Source of the DNA: Octopus vulgaris
Lineage: Eukaryota
Direction of reading: 5' to 3'
DNA: 64,000 nt
Assembly: GCA_951406725.2 (NCBI GenBank)
Contig: OX597828.1
Location: 1,798,001 to 1,862,000, forward strand
How positions within the stretch are numbered: the stretch's first letter is position 1; the number at the start of each line of letters is the position of its first letter. The position numbers and the translations under genes were made by a program. Positions 41,491 to 58,139 of the stretch are shown piece by piece. The notes below the pieces were generated by a model. The model was given only the letters and a program-made list of their open reading frames with translations. It was not told the DNA's origin and made no database searches.

Positions 41491-41537
41491 AAAACTGTCC
41501 GACGAACGGGAATGTGAAACTCAGAGTAACAGGTTTT
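41491..41537 (+). ncRNA. Compact type I hammerhead motif (CCGACGA core) heading a ~150-bp PLE-type unit that ends in (TA)n at ~41637
   Basis: AAAACTGT-CCGACGA-AC GGGAAT GT-GAAA-CTCAGAG-TA-ACAGGTTTT. Confidence 0.7.
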
Positions 41538-41924
41538 GTTGAATTTTCTGCTGCTTTAAATAAAGCATATTACTCTACCACTGGTATTTGAGTACTCTTT
41601 TTTCCACCTTGTTTCACATTTATGTGTTTACTCCGGTATATATAGATATAGATAGCTAGATAGATAGATAGACAGATAGATAGATAGATATACCGATATA
41701 TAGATATACACATACATACTTGTGCAGATCCACACCCATCCACATAGACACAGTGTATAGACTTCGAGTGAATGACGGCTCATATCAGCTCAACGAATTA
41801 TTCTACAGACGGCGTGAAGCTGAAAGCAAACCCAGATATGCTTTGTACCGCACGTGAAAGGAAGTAGCAAATAATTGTACAGCAATTTTTCCGACGCTCT
41901 CCTGCACGCACGCACGTACGTACG

Positions 41925-42625
<701 letters not shown>

Positions 42626-43609
42626 TCTTTAAATTCTTTAAATTGTTACAGCTTTAAAGCTGCGGTCATGCTAGGACACGTACACACACTCACACACACA
42701 CACACTCACACACACACTCACACACATACACAAATATACTTACTTACATATACATATAAATGTGTCCGTGGATGTTCCAACACAAAGAAACGCATAAACA
42801 CTTAGATAGACAACAATGAAAGACCTACACACGCACAGAAATTCACATATAAAAGAAAATGTACACACACACTCACTCAGGCACACATATATACATGAAA
42901 CGTATGTGGGCCTAACTATTTAACATCTGTATTATTTTGAGTATGCTGTTGTCTAATATATTGGCTACGAGCTGAAAATGTTTATTCAGCAAAATTTAGT
43001 AAAATTTCAAGTATCACATTTCGTATACCTAAACAGCGACGTGGGTACATTCACTAACACGCATACATATACGTGGTTATATAAAAACAACACAGTGCCT
43101 TCTCAGCTCTCATAAAGCACATCTATACATACAGTTATGGTACAATTTTGTATCACTTTACGTTAAATTTGTTGACAAATTATGCATATTTGTATATAAA
43201 TGTATATACATGGACATACATAAGTTATCCACATACATAACTTTGTACAGACCTACAAATACGCGTTTATTTACATGCACGCCTGTTTGTAAATATCTCA
43301 TCACCACTGTGAGGCGCCGAGCAATATCAACTCACGAAATGATAGGCACAAGTCATCAAAAATAATTATTGGGGTTAAGCTTCGAGATTGTAAGCTTCAT
43401 GTTCTGAAGAGATCTAATATCCTGAAATGAAGTGAAATTAGGGATATACACATCTCACTGGGAACTTAGCCTTTAAAATTTAAACTATTTATTATGAATA
43501 TTAATAAAAAAATTAAGATATGTATTAAGTAGCAGGTAAACTTAAAGAGTAGCAGGTTGCATAATAATAATACTAATACAAACAACAACAACAACAACAA
43601 TGATAATGG

Positions 43610-44050
43610 TTTCCCGTTTTGGCACAGAGCTAGTCGAGGGACGAAGGAAGTCGGTTACATCGACCTTACTGCTTGACTGGTACTTATTTTATCGACCTCA
43701 AAGGCATGAAAGGCTAAGTCGACCTCGGTGAAATTTGAACTCAGAACGTAAAGACGGACGAAATGCTATTAACCCTTTTGCCCGGTGTGATAACGGTTAG
43801 GACAGCTCGCCGCCTTAACAACAATAACAACAACATAGAAAGAAGTAAAATTGATGGCAGAATTAGTAGAGCATTGGACAAACTGCTGGACATTATCAAG
43901 TTATGTCCCTTTACTTTGTGAGTTCAAATCCCGCTGGAGTAGATTTCAGTATTCATCATTTCTGGTCGATAGAATATAATGCTAATTAAATAATACTTCA
44001 TGATTTAATCGACAAGAGTACCTAGTCCTCGAGTTAGTCGCCTTGTTAGA
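43610..44050. mobile_element. Two SINE family C copies in opposite orientation (43610-43817 minus, 43853-44050 plus)
   Basis: ctggtacttattttatcgacc..aatttgaactcagaacgtaaag and the diverged inverse gagttcaaatccc..ggtcgatagaata. Confidence 0.7.
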
Positions 44051-45057
44051 AAGTATTTATGTTTTTAAGTGTTTAAATTTCTCTATGAGACATTTAGAAA
44101 TTTAATATTTCTGAAATTTGTCAGCATCTGTACAAACATATTTTGTGTAAGTGATGCGTGTATACACAAAGTAAGAACTATTTGTGGGAAGCACACATAC
44201 ACATTGATTCTATCGGCCCAAGTTTAAATATTTAAACATCTGAAAAAAGCTCTCACGTGTATAGGGTAGAGAGTGTTTTACGGGGAAGTTCGGATTGACA
44301 AGGGTGTCAACACTTCACTCTTATACTTGCTGATAAATTACACTTTCAGTAGTCTTTTTTCTTTCCTTTTCACAGAAAACTTCATTTATACATTTGGGTT
44401 TATAAAGTAAAGTCTACAACAAAAGCAACAACAAACTAACTAAAACTACAATAAAAGTGGATCGACAATAGTTAAAATATTGCTTCCCTTTTGTTCACAT
44501 TCAGAGGCCCTGGGAAATAGGCAGTTTTGTTATGTTATTTCAATGGGTATTAGTGGCGAAAGTAAAATGCAACTGTTTTGCATTCGACTCACCAAAAACT
44601 TGCATCTTGTTTAATGATGCTCGTCGCAACAGAATATTTATTGATTTCTCACTTAAACAGAGGGAGATATTTACAATATAAATGAAGTGAGTTAACTTCA
44701 AACAGGAATCGAAACCCCACTTCAGATTCATCATCCCGCGGTTTGCATTCTCAGTTGGAGCTATTTTCCAAATACTACTTAGTGTGGTTTGAATTACTTC
44801 TTTCCGCTTTCGTAATTATCTCTATTTAAAATTGAGATGAACATCTTATTTACATTTTTATGCTACTGAAAAACTAAAACCGTTAAAAATCCATGCCTCT
44901 TTCTATAAAAATGTCCCATTCATGCATATGCAAGGAACCTATTTATAGCCCTTTTCGGATCGGATTATATATGGTAACGGAAAAGAAGTATACATACATA
45001 GCAAATAAATAACTATATAAAGAATAAAGGAATCGTAAATAAATGTCTTATACTTAC

Positions 45058-45481
45058 TTCCAGGTGCTTTAAATATCAAATCCGCTTTAGTCTCCGTTGG
45101 TAGTTGTAGTAATAAGAATAATAATAAAAGACATGTATATATCAACCAGAAGGCCGAGTATCCAGTACATCTTTGTTGAAAATAATGAATTGTAGTAGAT
45201 TTGATGGCATCGTGCTTATAATGATTGTAATGACGAAGAGAGGTGGAACACCTATTTATGTTGTGATAACTATCAGTATCATTACAACAGTTATTTTTAC
45301 CATCTGTGTTGCTTTTATAATTCTTGCCATTGTTGATAATTTTCTTACTCCAGCAGCTAATAAATGATGTCGTGTTGGACGACTGCATTGGCTCATTTGA
45401 GAGAGGAGCTGATTTAGTTTTTACAGCAGTTATTGTGATTGCTGTAGTTTTAATCTTATGTAGAGCTGTGTCCTTCCTCAT
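45058..45481 (-). CDS. Probable first coding exon of a host gene for a secreted or membrane protein (unidentified)
   Basis: Non-repetitive 141-codon frame from ATG 45481 (A at -3); hydrophobic WLIYTCLLLLFLLLQL then PTETKA-DLIFKAPG; perfect donor A|GTAAGT at 45058/45057 (phase 1); TE-poor surroundings. Confidence 0.65.
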
Positions 45482-46143
45482 TCTTAAACTGGGATAAAAT
45501 CTTGTTTTATCCTCTGGCAGCACTGATAGTAGCAGTGACAGCAACAACAGAAGCAGTAGCGACAGTAGACGATTCGGTGTTTCTCCCTACTTTTTTATTT
45601 TTTTATTTTTTTATTTTATGACGGGATAAGCATGTGGCTGGCTCGTTTGTAGTTGGCTAGCCTATAAACTTCCGAACCTCTACGATATACACTATTATCA
45701 TACTCCCAGTGAAGTCCTTTAGTATAATCGATCGCTTCGACTGTTTTCTTTCTTCTACATTCTAACATCAATATTTCATGAAACCTCGATGCATAGCATA
45801 TGAAAAGATATTGTAGACATGCATAAAGACACATGAACCGGTGAATAGATGATAATATTCGTTGTAAATAAATAAGAAGGGACGTTAAACGAAGAGATAA
45901 GGTAGAATTGAAAAAACAAAACGCAGAGAAGTATGTGAGAGAAAGAGAGAGAAATAGAGAGAGGAGGGAAGAGAAAAGCAGGAATAAGCATGAGAAGGAA
46001 ACAAAGTGAACGATTGAAGAAGGGAGGAATGAGAATGCAAGTAACAAGATTGATGACGCTGCTTGCATTTAGAGGTGATGTCTGTGCATCAATGGTACCT
46101 GTATATTAGCATGTATAATACAATAAGTGTGCAGTTATGTATA

Positions 46144-46199
<56 letters not shown>

Positions 46200-46437
46200 T
46201 GTGGTTTTCTTTTTTTTTTAAGTTTGTTTTTTCATCTGAAAATCTCTGAAAAAAAGACACGCACACAGATTCATTGTTTTATGAACGCATATTCTTGACT
46301 CTGAGGAATCGTTGTCGTCATGACGAGGTTAGCCAAGCTTTTCTACTTTGGTCACTCGCTTTTACTTTAATCTCTTACACTCAGGTATTGTGTTCTGTGC
46401 TAAGTTTGAAAAATTTAGTGTCTTAATATAAACACTT

Positions 46438-46620
<183 letters not shown>

Positions 46621-47629
46621 ACTACAACTACTTTAGGGATTTTGTGAGCCTTGAAGCTCTTTACTAGTTTAGAGGCTATTGTGGAGATGGGGTGAAAATT
46701 AATCCAAGAGTGACTAGTTAATGTGCTGCCTGTTAGTGATGAAACGATATTAACTAAAAGATTTAAGAGAGATATGTGGCAAGGAGGTGAACAATTACAT
46801 TTATGTCTGTATATTAAATATACAGACGTAAACACCACTACATATGAAATTCAGTCGTAACAACAATTACACTGGTTTATATACTTATTAGCGCAGAATT
46901 ATACTGTTATATAAATCCAGTTGTGTATACACACACAAAGAATAATTCATACACCTTATACACACACAGAGAAACGATCGTACACACAAAGTCCATACAG
47001 TGACACACATACGCATAGGATATAAAGAAAAAAATAAAGATGAAACTTAACAGGAGTTTCTTTCCTAGCCCATTCCTTTTCCGGCCTTCGTTTTAGACGT
47101 ATTTCTACTATCTGTCCGCTCTCATCATTCTTAATCCCTTCTCTCAAATGTACATACTTATAATTACTCATCGTAATTGACAGAAATTCTCTCAACTCTT
47201 CCCTCTATCTGTAGCATGTACACATTGCGGAAAGCGAGAGGGAAATATTGCACATAGTTATTTCATGATAATATACTCAATTATCTCTATGTGTGGCTTC
47301 TCTTCTTTTTCAATCCCCCTTCTTCACTGCCTATTTATATGCATCACAAGCACGTATACACACACACACGCACACATAATGTACATAAGCACACACATAC
47401 ATACTTATATCCATGAACACATACATACATATATACATATATATAGTCGTCTAAGAGTTCATAAGTCAGGGAAAAGATTCACTCGTATATCTATCAATGT
47501 AGTGGGTATATTATCGAAATGCACAATATTATATATCCATCGCAGCTGGAAACTGATGAATATATATATGGAAATCGAAACCGATTGGTAATATCAGCCG
47601 TGAGGGATGTATAATACGGTACATTTCGG

Positions 47630-47744
<115 letters not shown>

Positions 47745-48284
47745 TTATATGTATATATATCTATATATCTATGGAGAACGAGAGAAAGAGAGAGAGAGAG
47801 ATTGACAGATAGATAGGTAAATAGATAGACACATATATAAACTAATGCGAGCGCATCTGCACATAAACACACGTACACACACACTTGCGAGCGCGCGTGC
47901 ATACTGCATACAAACACACATTCGCATTCATATACGTTTAATAAAGATAGATTTAGATAAATATAGATTTCGGCCTGTATTGGTTCAGATCACGCCTCAA
48001 TTAATATAGCACCACCTCATAGTTATGTCATATTTGGGGAAAGAATAGCCAACTTGAACAGGCAGGATAAATGTGCATGTGTAAACCTGTGTGTACATGT
48101 ATGTTTATATTTGACAGATGACTATAAAATATTATGTGTATATGTGCGTGCGTACGTGTGTGTGAGTGTCTGTTCGTGTGTGTGTGTGCGTGTGTAGGCG
48201 TGCATGTACGTCTGTGTGTGTACGTAAATATAAACATATATACATGTATATATATTTGTATATCAATGCATACATATGTACATA

Positions 48285-48365
48285 TATGTACGTATATATA
48301 AAAGCATTGGTATGTACGTATATATAAAAGCATTGGTATGTACGTATATATAAAAGCATTGGTAT
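48285..48365. repeat. ~26-bp minisatellite, 3 copies (atgtacgtatatataaaagcattggt)
   Basis: Directly visible. Confidence 0.9.
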
Positions 48366-48405
48366 GCAAATATGTATATGCATACATATATGTTTATGTT
48401 TGGAT

Positions 48406-48447
<42 letters not shown>

Positions 48448-48451
<4 letters not shown>

Positions 48452-49664
48452 CTTGGCAACTAAGTTCCCACCGTTTTTTTTTAAAGTTTTGGAATCTATT
48501 TTTTCCGAGAATTCTATTTTTGAATCATTTTGGAATCTCTTTTTTTTTTTTTTTTTTGCTCTAGTTAATTTTAGTTTATTTTCAGATCATTAAAATGGAA
48601 TGTCAAGTTAAGAAACGAGCACTTTCGACACCTCGTTCTTTTCGCTTTTAATCAAGGTTCTAAGGCCACAAAAGCTGCTCGCGACATTTGTGCTGTGTAT
48701 GGGGAGGGTGCCATAGCTGAAAGAACCGCTCGTGATTGGTATGCCAAGTTCAAAAGTGGAAATTTTGACCTCAAATCCACACCTCGTTCTAGCCGTCAAG
48801 TTGAGTTCAATGAAGAGCAATTAAACCAACATTTGCACGAAAATTCTCGTCAAACGACAAGGGAACTGGCAGAGAAAATGGAATGCTCCGACACTGCTAT
48901 AGAGAAACATCTTCACTCGATGGGAAAGGTTCAGAAGTATGGAGCATAGGTGCCGCATGCTTTAAGTGACAACAGCAAAAATCAACGAGTCACAATCTCC
49001 GCTGGTTTGCTTGCTCGTCACCGCTCAACTCATGGACAGAAGCAACGATTTCTTTACCGAATCATTACTTGCGACGATAAATGATGCCTGTTCATCAATA
49101 TGAAGCAGCGTAAGGAAACAAGCGACACCGCGCGTGAAACAAGATCTTCATCCTCGTAAAGCGATGTTGTGCGTATGGTGGGACTGGAACCAAACGGTCA
49201 ACGCGGAACTCTATGTTCAACAGATGAAATGATTCAACACGGCTATTCAAAAGAAAAGACCAAATCGTCAGCATGAAGTTCTTCTACTACGCGATAACGC
49301 AGCCCTCATATCTCCAAAATGACCAAGGAAGCCATTCAAATGCATGGCTGGGAATTGCTGCCACATCCGCCGTACTCTCCTGATTTGGCACCAACGGATT
49401 TCCACCTCTTTCGATCTCTTTCCAATGATATGCGCAGAGTTTCGTTCAATACTGATGCAGAATTGAGAGCTTGGTTGGATCAATTTTTCGAGTCGAAATT
49501 GGGTGATTTCTACCAACGAGGGATTGGAAATCCTATTGAACGTTGGGAAGAAGTTGTAAACAACAAGGGTGAATACATTATTGATTAATTAGTTGTTATT
49601 TTTTATTAAACCTTTTGAAAAAATTAAGTTTAAAAAAACGGCGGGAACTTAGTTGCCAACCCAA
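48448..49664 (+). mobile_element. Full-length mariner (mellifera-like, distinct from 31968), transposase pseudogene 48595-49588
   Basis: TIRs ttgg.ttggcaactaagttccc.ccgttttttt with TA flanks; ICAVYGEGA, LLRDNAA, LPHPPYSPDLAPTDFHLF, GEYIID; stops and deletions. Confidence 0.95.
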
Positions 49665-50519
49665 TACAATATGAAACAGAGAATCGAAGTTAATGGAGAT
49701 CTGAGATACCAGGTGTTGCGCTGGGAAACGTCTTTCAGTTACGACCACTTGAATAAGGAAAAGAAGAAGAAAGAGAAGGAGGAGGAGAAGAAGGAAGAGG
49801 AAGGGGAGGAGGTTAGATGAAATGAGAGTCATACTAAACAATAATGTTAGAGTGTCAGAAAAATGTTAATAGTGGGGTGGCCGTCAATTACCTGATTAGC
49901 TGGAAATGAGATAACACTAGTGTGCATGCATTTGTACTTTTCCACGAGTGTACTTTATTATTGAGCGAATGGTACGTCCACTGATAGACTGCATAGGAAA
50001 TGGTTCGTTCTTTTTCTTAGTTGTTGCGTTCTCGTCAGTATTGCCTTTGTCCTTGGCTTACTGATGCCCCTGATACAAAATGGCTCGGCAAACTTTGCAA
50101 ATAGGTCTGCAAGTATCAGAAAAGAACCCTTATTTTTGGAAGAAACGTTGAGCTATTAAAAGGGCTCTTATAAAGCTTGAACCGAAAACTGCTGAAAGGG
50201 AAAAAAGAGAAAGGAGGTTCTCGGCATGACAGAGATTAAGTGTCAGAAGGCCTTTGACAATGTTCTTAAGACGTCCACCATAGAAACATTTACTCTGAAT
50301 AAGATTATTAACACGATACATCCGTTAATTATAAGCAAATGGTAAACAATCATTCAGATATACACAAAAGAATGATTATAAAATATTTCCCATCTCTATT
50401 AGAAAAAAAATTGATTCGAAGATTCCAATCTCCTTTCCTTCTTTCATGTGTGATGTTAACACCTTTAACGAATTTGTTAAACTAGACTCTATTCGGATGC
50501 AAATCTTGTGGGAGAATAC

Positions 50520-50960
50520 TCAAGTTGTACGCTGTAGGTGATAAGCTGTATAAACAGTACAAAGTTTTGCCAGAAGAATTCATATGAGATTCAGATTAGA
50601 AAAATGCTCCAAAGCTGTCGTGAAGAGAGGATAATTAATAACAAACGCTAATGAAATACTAGATAAAGAGACGGAGGTAAGAGGATTAGATTAAACACTG
50701 ACTGACAAATACTTGAGAACTTAACAGAATACACAAATGAAAGAAAAGATCAGAAATGAATATTTCAGACGCATTAGATTAATACTTAGAAGAAACTTAA
50801 ATGCCAAGAAAGAAATAAAAATAAGGTAATAAGCTAATAGGAGTCAATACTCTATCTGTACCAGTAATAAGTTATATTTATAATATCTTCTGCTGTACGC
50901 TAAGAAAACTAGCGAGAATAGTCAGAGTTAATGACTATATTTAGAATTCGGCACCCAGGA
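50520..50960 (+). mobile_element. Old R4/Dong RT fragment
   Basis: Colinear by eye with ~27880-28300 (gattagaaaaatgc.ccaaag, acacaaatgaaaga, cttaaatgccaag, ccagtaataagtta). Confidence 0.75.
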
Positions 50961-50963
50961 TGT

Positions 50964-51021
<58 letters not shown>

Positions 51022-51981
51022 CACACTCACACACACGCATACATATCCTTGTGTGTGTGTGTGTATGTGTGTACCGCAAACATAGGATTATAGGGAGACG
51101 TCCGAAACTATATAGTCAATGTGGATATAAAAAAATATATTGAAAACAAGAAAAGAAAGGAAAATATATCAGCAAAATAGGATCCGAATACGAAATGGTT
51201 TTCTGCGTTCAAGAAACGCAAATAAATAGAAAAAAAAGGTTGAATTAAAAGAATCTAAAAAAAGTGGGGAGAAAAGCAATTTAAAAGCAAACCATCATTC
51301 TCGGATGGGCACGGGAGAGAACCCACAAAATTTCATTTGACAAAACATTAAATTATGCAGAGGAAACTAAAATCATTTCAATTGATTAAGTATTATTTTC
51401 ATCTCCTAATACAAAATAGGGTTACCTACTATTAACTATGTAAACTAAAAGCACTGCTCAACAGTCATAACTTATCCAATAATGTGTTTAAATCAGATAA
51501 AACTCTTCAGTGCACTCCAAACATGAAATATTTGCCAGGAGCTGAAACTTTCCTTTGACTCTGGTGAGAGTTGTTTGCTGCTTGTTCTTCAGACAAGAAG
51601 AATGTGGTGCACTTCTTACATCTCTACCTCAATTTATGGTTCTGTTGATGGTTAAAATCTAAACGACATAGTTATTGGATAACACTATCTCTTAAAGTGA
51701 TGTCAAATGGTTTTAAGTTTTGAAAATGTATCTACTTTTAAGTCTACGAGTAAGTGATAACTGCGATATAGTGAAAACTTTAGCTCGACTGCTGAGTGCC
51801 TCTTGAGGATTTTATAGCATTCAGATTCTAAAAAAATTCTGTTTGTACAATCGGTTTTAAGATGGAGTCTAACAAGAATAACGATGATCCCTGCGATGTT
51901 ACTAGGGGCGTCATTATTCTTTTTATGAAATGCCCACCACAGACATGCACACACGCGCATACACACATACACATATATTTA

Positions 51982-52125
51982 CATGAAGTTAATTATATGG
52001 CCGGTCATAGAGTTTCGCATCCATAAAGTGCTTAACTTTGTAGATGACTCGTCAGACTCAAGCGGCCGTGGACAAATAAACTCTCTTCAAACGGAAGATA
52101 GAACACCGCCGTAAGGGGGCGTATA
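51982..52125 (-). mobile_element. Short PLE-type repeat with HHR 5' half; paralogue of 8325-8433
   Basis: Minus strand GAGT-CTGACGA-GTCATC...GATGC-GAAA, followed by a deletion of helix III. Confidence 0.65.
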
Positions 52126-53439
52126 ATTAACTTCTTTTTCGGATATATGATCCACTGATGATATATATGTGTGTGTTTGTGTATATGTGTGTGAATATAC
52201 ATGTACATACACAAACACTCACACGCACATAATATTTTCCTATTTTATAGAATTCAGTGATTAAACTGCGACCATGCTGGCGCATCACTTTCAAGAATTT
52301 TAGTCGAGCCCAGTCGTTATATAAGTCTGTTTTTTTCGTTATCGATCTGTGCATATCGAATGGCTGAGTTGTCATTTGACATAAAACGAAAGATATTGTT
52401 CCTTATACTCGATCTTTTCACCTATCTCTTAGGAGCAGCATTCATCGCTTTCTTTAAGTTTCAAAAACATAAGAGAGCGAGAGAGAGGTCCGGGAGAATA
52501 CTCATATAGTGAATACATACATGTTGTTACAATACAAGTTCAACTCGAACGTACTTTTCTAAATACTTGTATTGACAAATGTAAACCTGTCATTTTTATG
52601 TATTTCTTCATGGACAGGAAACGTGAACGATCTGACTCTGTGGCAAGAGGGAAGGGCATATAGTTTCAAATATAATCAAATTTCCACTCAGATAATTCTC
52701 CTTTTTCAATCCGCAGAGAAATAAGTAACGATCGTTTACATATGTCAGACTCATTTACATAGCTTCTGTTAATCGTATATCGTTTCAATTGAAATGTATC
52801 TTTCTCATATATTTTAGCTGCTGAAAGCACAATTTTATACTTATTTCTATCGTAGTTATACAGACTTAATGGAAATGCGTTCATTAGATAGACCGAAAAG
52901 CAGTTGTAACAATATTTGAAACTAAATGAAAACAAGTTAATGTCCAGTGGCCCACTTCATATTTACTTCTAACAGAATATTTATTGTGGAACCTCAACAA
53001 AAACCAAAATTTAAATTGGATTGCAATAACTAATTTCTTGTAACGTTTTTAATTATTGTATTTAGTAAGAAAATTTTTTACGATGTTGAAGTTAAACATT
53101 AAAAAATATTTGTAGTGTTCATAAAGTTCAATTAACGCTTTCATACGCTCGTAGTAATCATCAGATTTCAAAATGTATTTAACTGCCTGTTGAGTTCTTG
53201 AGTTCTTGTAGTAAAATGACTGGCTTTTTTTTCTTTTTATGCCTCTAAGAAGATTCCAACAAGCTGAATTTTTGGAGTACAGTTTTGACCAATCCGCATG
53301 CACCTTAAACGTTACGGTTTGCCGGGCGAACCGTTATTACTGGCATAGATCCCGCCTTTATTTTAATCAGTTAACTTTTGGATAGTTAAATCTTATTAAT
53401 TTGGTTTTTCCTTCTCTCTATTTTTAAAACTATATATAT

Positions 53440-53570
53440 ATAGTTCACATTTACAGAACACAAAAGATGAAGACAGGTTAGATAATAACAAGTAGGTGTA
53501 TTAGTTTGACGCTTGAGGAGAGTGGAAAATTCTTCGACGTTTCGAACCGACGCACTTAGACAGAAAGGAA
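53440..53570 (-). mobile_element. PLE-type terminal unit, paralogue of 29862-29990
   Basis: Same terminal block; degenerate minimal HHR ending GAAA CG TC. Confidence 0.7.
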
Positions 53571-53855
53571 TAAAAGGAAAAAATGGAGAGTGAACTAAAA
53601 ACAAACAGAAAAAAAAACAGAGAGAGAGAAAAAGTGTGTAGGGGTTAACGGTTCATCATGATGAAAGATATATATTTCGTAACTCGAGACATAAAAGCAA
53701 TAATTTTTCCTGAAGAAATATAACAATATACAGATTATTGCATATTTTAAATTTATAATTATTGATGATTCTTAAATATTGTTCTATCGAAACTATATAA
53801 GTATGTTGAATATCTTCTTGGGGGAATATTTTTGGATTGTTTTGTTGGTTGACGC

Positions 53856-54057
53856 GGTTTTATATTTACAGATATTTATTAGTATGCTACATGTTTTTAT
53901 ACATTATATATCATATAACAGCGCTTTCGTCCATTTTAGTGGTCTTCTAGTGGGGTTCAATTTGAAGACTGCACTAGAATGGACGAAAGCGCTATTATAT
54001 GATATGTGATGTATAAAAACATGTAACATACTAATAAATATCTGTAAATATAAAACC
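53856..54057. repeat. ~92-bp-arm inverted repeat with HHR 3'-half motifs in both arms
   Basis: ggttttatatttacagatatttattagtatg... pairs with ...catactaataaatatctgtaaatataaaacc; both arms carry ATGGAC GAAA GCGC T. Confidence 0.9.
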
Positions 54058-54143
54058 ATCCAGATTTCTGAGTACCTCATTTCTTCTAATATATAATACC
54101 TCTACATCATCTCCAAACCTTCTAATATATATATATATGCATG

Positions 54144-54225
<82 letters not shown>

Positions 54226-54419
54226 GTAATATAATAAGAGTAAATAATAGTTTTAAAAAAAAACCACCAATTATTTACGGGTAGATTTCGGCATGTAAAT
54301 ATAACCATTAGCCGTAGGAACTTTTATAAAAAAAACTTTGACTGCTATTTCTAATTTTTCGTTATGTGGCTAAGCAACCTTTTGCCTGCCTCCTTTTATT
54401 TATATATATATACATATGT

Positions 54420-54785
54420 GAAGGCGCATGGCTCAGTGGATAGAGCGTCGAGCTTACAATCGTGAGGTTGTAAGTTCGATTCCTGGACCGGGCTGCGTAT
54501 TGTGTTCTTGAGAAGACACTTTATTTCACGTTGCTCCAGTTCACTCGGCCATAGAAACGAGCTGCAACATCATTGGTTCCAAGCTGTATCGGCCTTTGCC
54601 TTTCCATTGGATAACATCGGTGGCGTGGAGAGGGGAGGGTGGTATGCATGGGCCACTGCTGGTCTTTCATAAAACAACCCTACGTTGTGCGTTCGCAGGT
54701 GAAGCGACTTTCCGCGCCCAGACTTATACCCCGGATGGGAACCTCTCAGGTGCACCCATGGCCATTCGTGACCGACGGAGTCGAG
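54420..54785 (+). mobile_element. tRNA-derived SINE (family B)
   Basis: A box tggctcagtgg, B box gttcgattcc, V-domain-like gtgttcttgagaagacactt. Confidence 0.88.
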
Positions 54786-54940
54786 TTATGTCATATGTAT
54801 GTATATATATACATACATACATACATACATACATACATACACACATACATACATACATACATACATACATACATACATACATACATACATACATACGTAC
54901 ATACATACATACATACATATATGTATATGTATATATATAT

Positions 54941-55100
54941 GGGCGCAGGCGTGCTTGTGTGGTGAGAAACTTGTTTCCCAACTACATGGTACCAAGGTTG
55001 CTCAAAGTGCCACGCAGTGGTACCTTGGGCAACTATAATCTCAGGCTAACCAAAGCTTTGTGAATGGATTAGTAGACAGAAACTAAAGGAAGCCCGTCCT
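54941..55100 (+). mobile_element. SINE family A, 5' part
   Basis: ggcgcaggcgtg..gtgtggtgag..ccttgggcaa..gaagcccgtc. Confidence 0.8.
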
Positions 55101-56714
55101 ATATGTGTGCGTGTGCGTGTGTACGTACGTGTGTGTGTGTTTGTGTGTATGTGCGTGTATATATACACACACAGACATAGATATTCAATCGAATTATCAC
55201 TGCTATCTCATTTAATGTTCAGCTGATTTCGTTGCATGAGTCTAGATAAATACATTAAAAAAAACCCCCATTATAATGCATCGTCTGTTGAATCCCTATG
55301 AAGGGAGATATCGTCTTTAGCAATGTCCTAAAGGTACATTCTCTCATGGGACATTGTATAACCGACAATTTTGATAATTGTCAGGGGATATTTCAGCAAT
55401 ATAATATACCTTACCAACCAATTTCGCTTTTCCTATAAATCATTATCTTGTACAGTTAAAACGATATAAATAATCATCGCACTTTTGTACGTTTTGTTTA
55501 AAATGTTGGAGCTGCCTAACGACACTCTTTCCTACTTATAAAGTATGTGGGTCAGTTGCAAAAGTATTTCAACCACTATCAGTATCCTAAATCATCTAAA
55601 GATAACAAAAAAGAAAAAAAGTAAAAAAATAGAAAAAAAAATTAAACACAATAGAACAAAACGAAACATTAAATATCATAATCATAGGGAAGTATTCTTG
55701 GTATATGATATCTCAAATTGACTGCAGTTAATTAAGTGTTTTTAAAAACATCTGGATAAAAAGTTCAAGAATGCATGATCATTATTGGTTACATAATGGT
55801 AACAACTTCCTGCTCTTCCTTTAAAATGTATGAAAAATTCAATTAACGTTTTTGACAGCTGCAATGAAAGGAAGATGTGCCATTTGATGAGAGTTATACA
55901 AAACTCCATGGCGGAATGAATGTATGAAAACGAACGATGACATCAAGAAGATATTCATATAGATTTGCATACTTAAACAGGCACGTTATTTGAATGTACA
56001 GATTTGTTCATAATTTTGCCGCTTGGTATTAAATTATCATAATGATGGGATTTAGTTTCAGCATCATCGGTAGTAGTGTCTCTTTAACAATAATCTCACC
56101 TAATAAATTCAATATGTTATACTTGTTTGGCAAGGTACGTATGAGCAATGTTATATTCATTTTTGTTTATATTTTTATAGTAAAAGCTATTAAGTGTCAA
56201 AAATGTTTGTCAAACTTGTTTGACCTGATCCCTAGCACAATTCCGCTATATCGGAACCATGCCACATGTTAAGAATAATGATAATGAATTAAATGGATGA
56301 AAATACAAAACAGACAGATAACAACAAAGAGGAATTTAATCTTAAAGTGACCAAAAAACCACAGACTTAAAGTTTAAATTGAATCAACTCAGAAAGCTTT
56401 ACTATTCTAACCCCCCCCCCAAAAAAAAAACGGGTATTAAACTGAGGTACTTAAAACTGAAGGTTGCTAAAGAAATAAACATATAGGAAGAGAAAATAGA
56501 AAATCGGAGAGAAAAGAAAATATAGAAAAACACTGACACCTATAAAAGATCACCAGCAACGAACGTGCAACGAAATGTGTAACAAACCCTTTTTCATACT
56601 TCGTGATATCCTGAACTATTAATCAGAAAATTAATAAAATAATTTTGGTGTGTTCTGAAAGATGGACATGACTATTTTAATTCAAAATTGTCATACAAGC
56701 ACATACACACACAC

Positions 56715-57990
<1,276 letters not shown>

Positions 57991-58079
57991 TGTATTACCT
58001 TACCTCCTGTTGGAGGAAAATCGCCAACAGTCCACGTGAGGTTACACACACACACACATTCCCCTGCACACATACGCAG

Positions 58080-58139
<60 letters not shown>

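Noticed and set aside
54420-54495. tRNA-like sequence
   Set aside because: Has A and B boxes but no full cloverleaf and continues into a SINE body.
55200-56700. Unassigned complex sequence, possibly another exon or an old DNA transposon
   Set aside because: No convincing ORF, splice pair or terminal repeats could be identified by eye.
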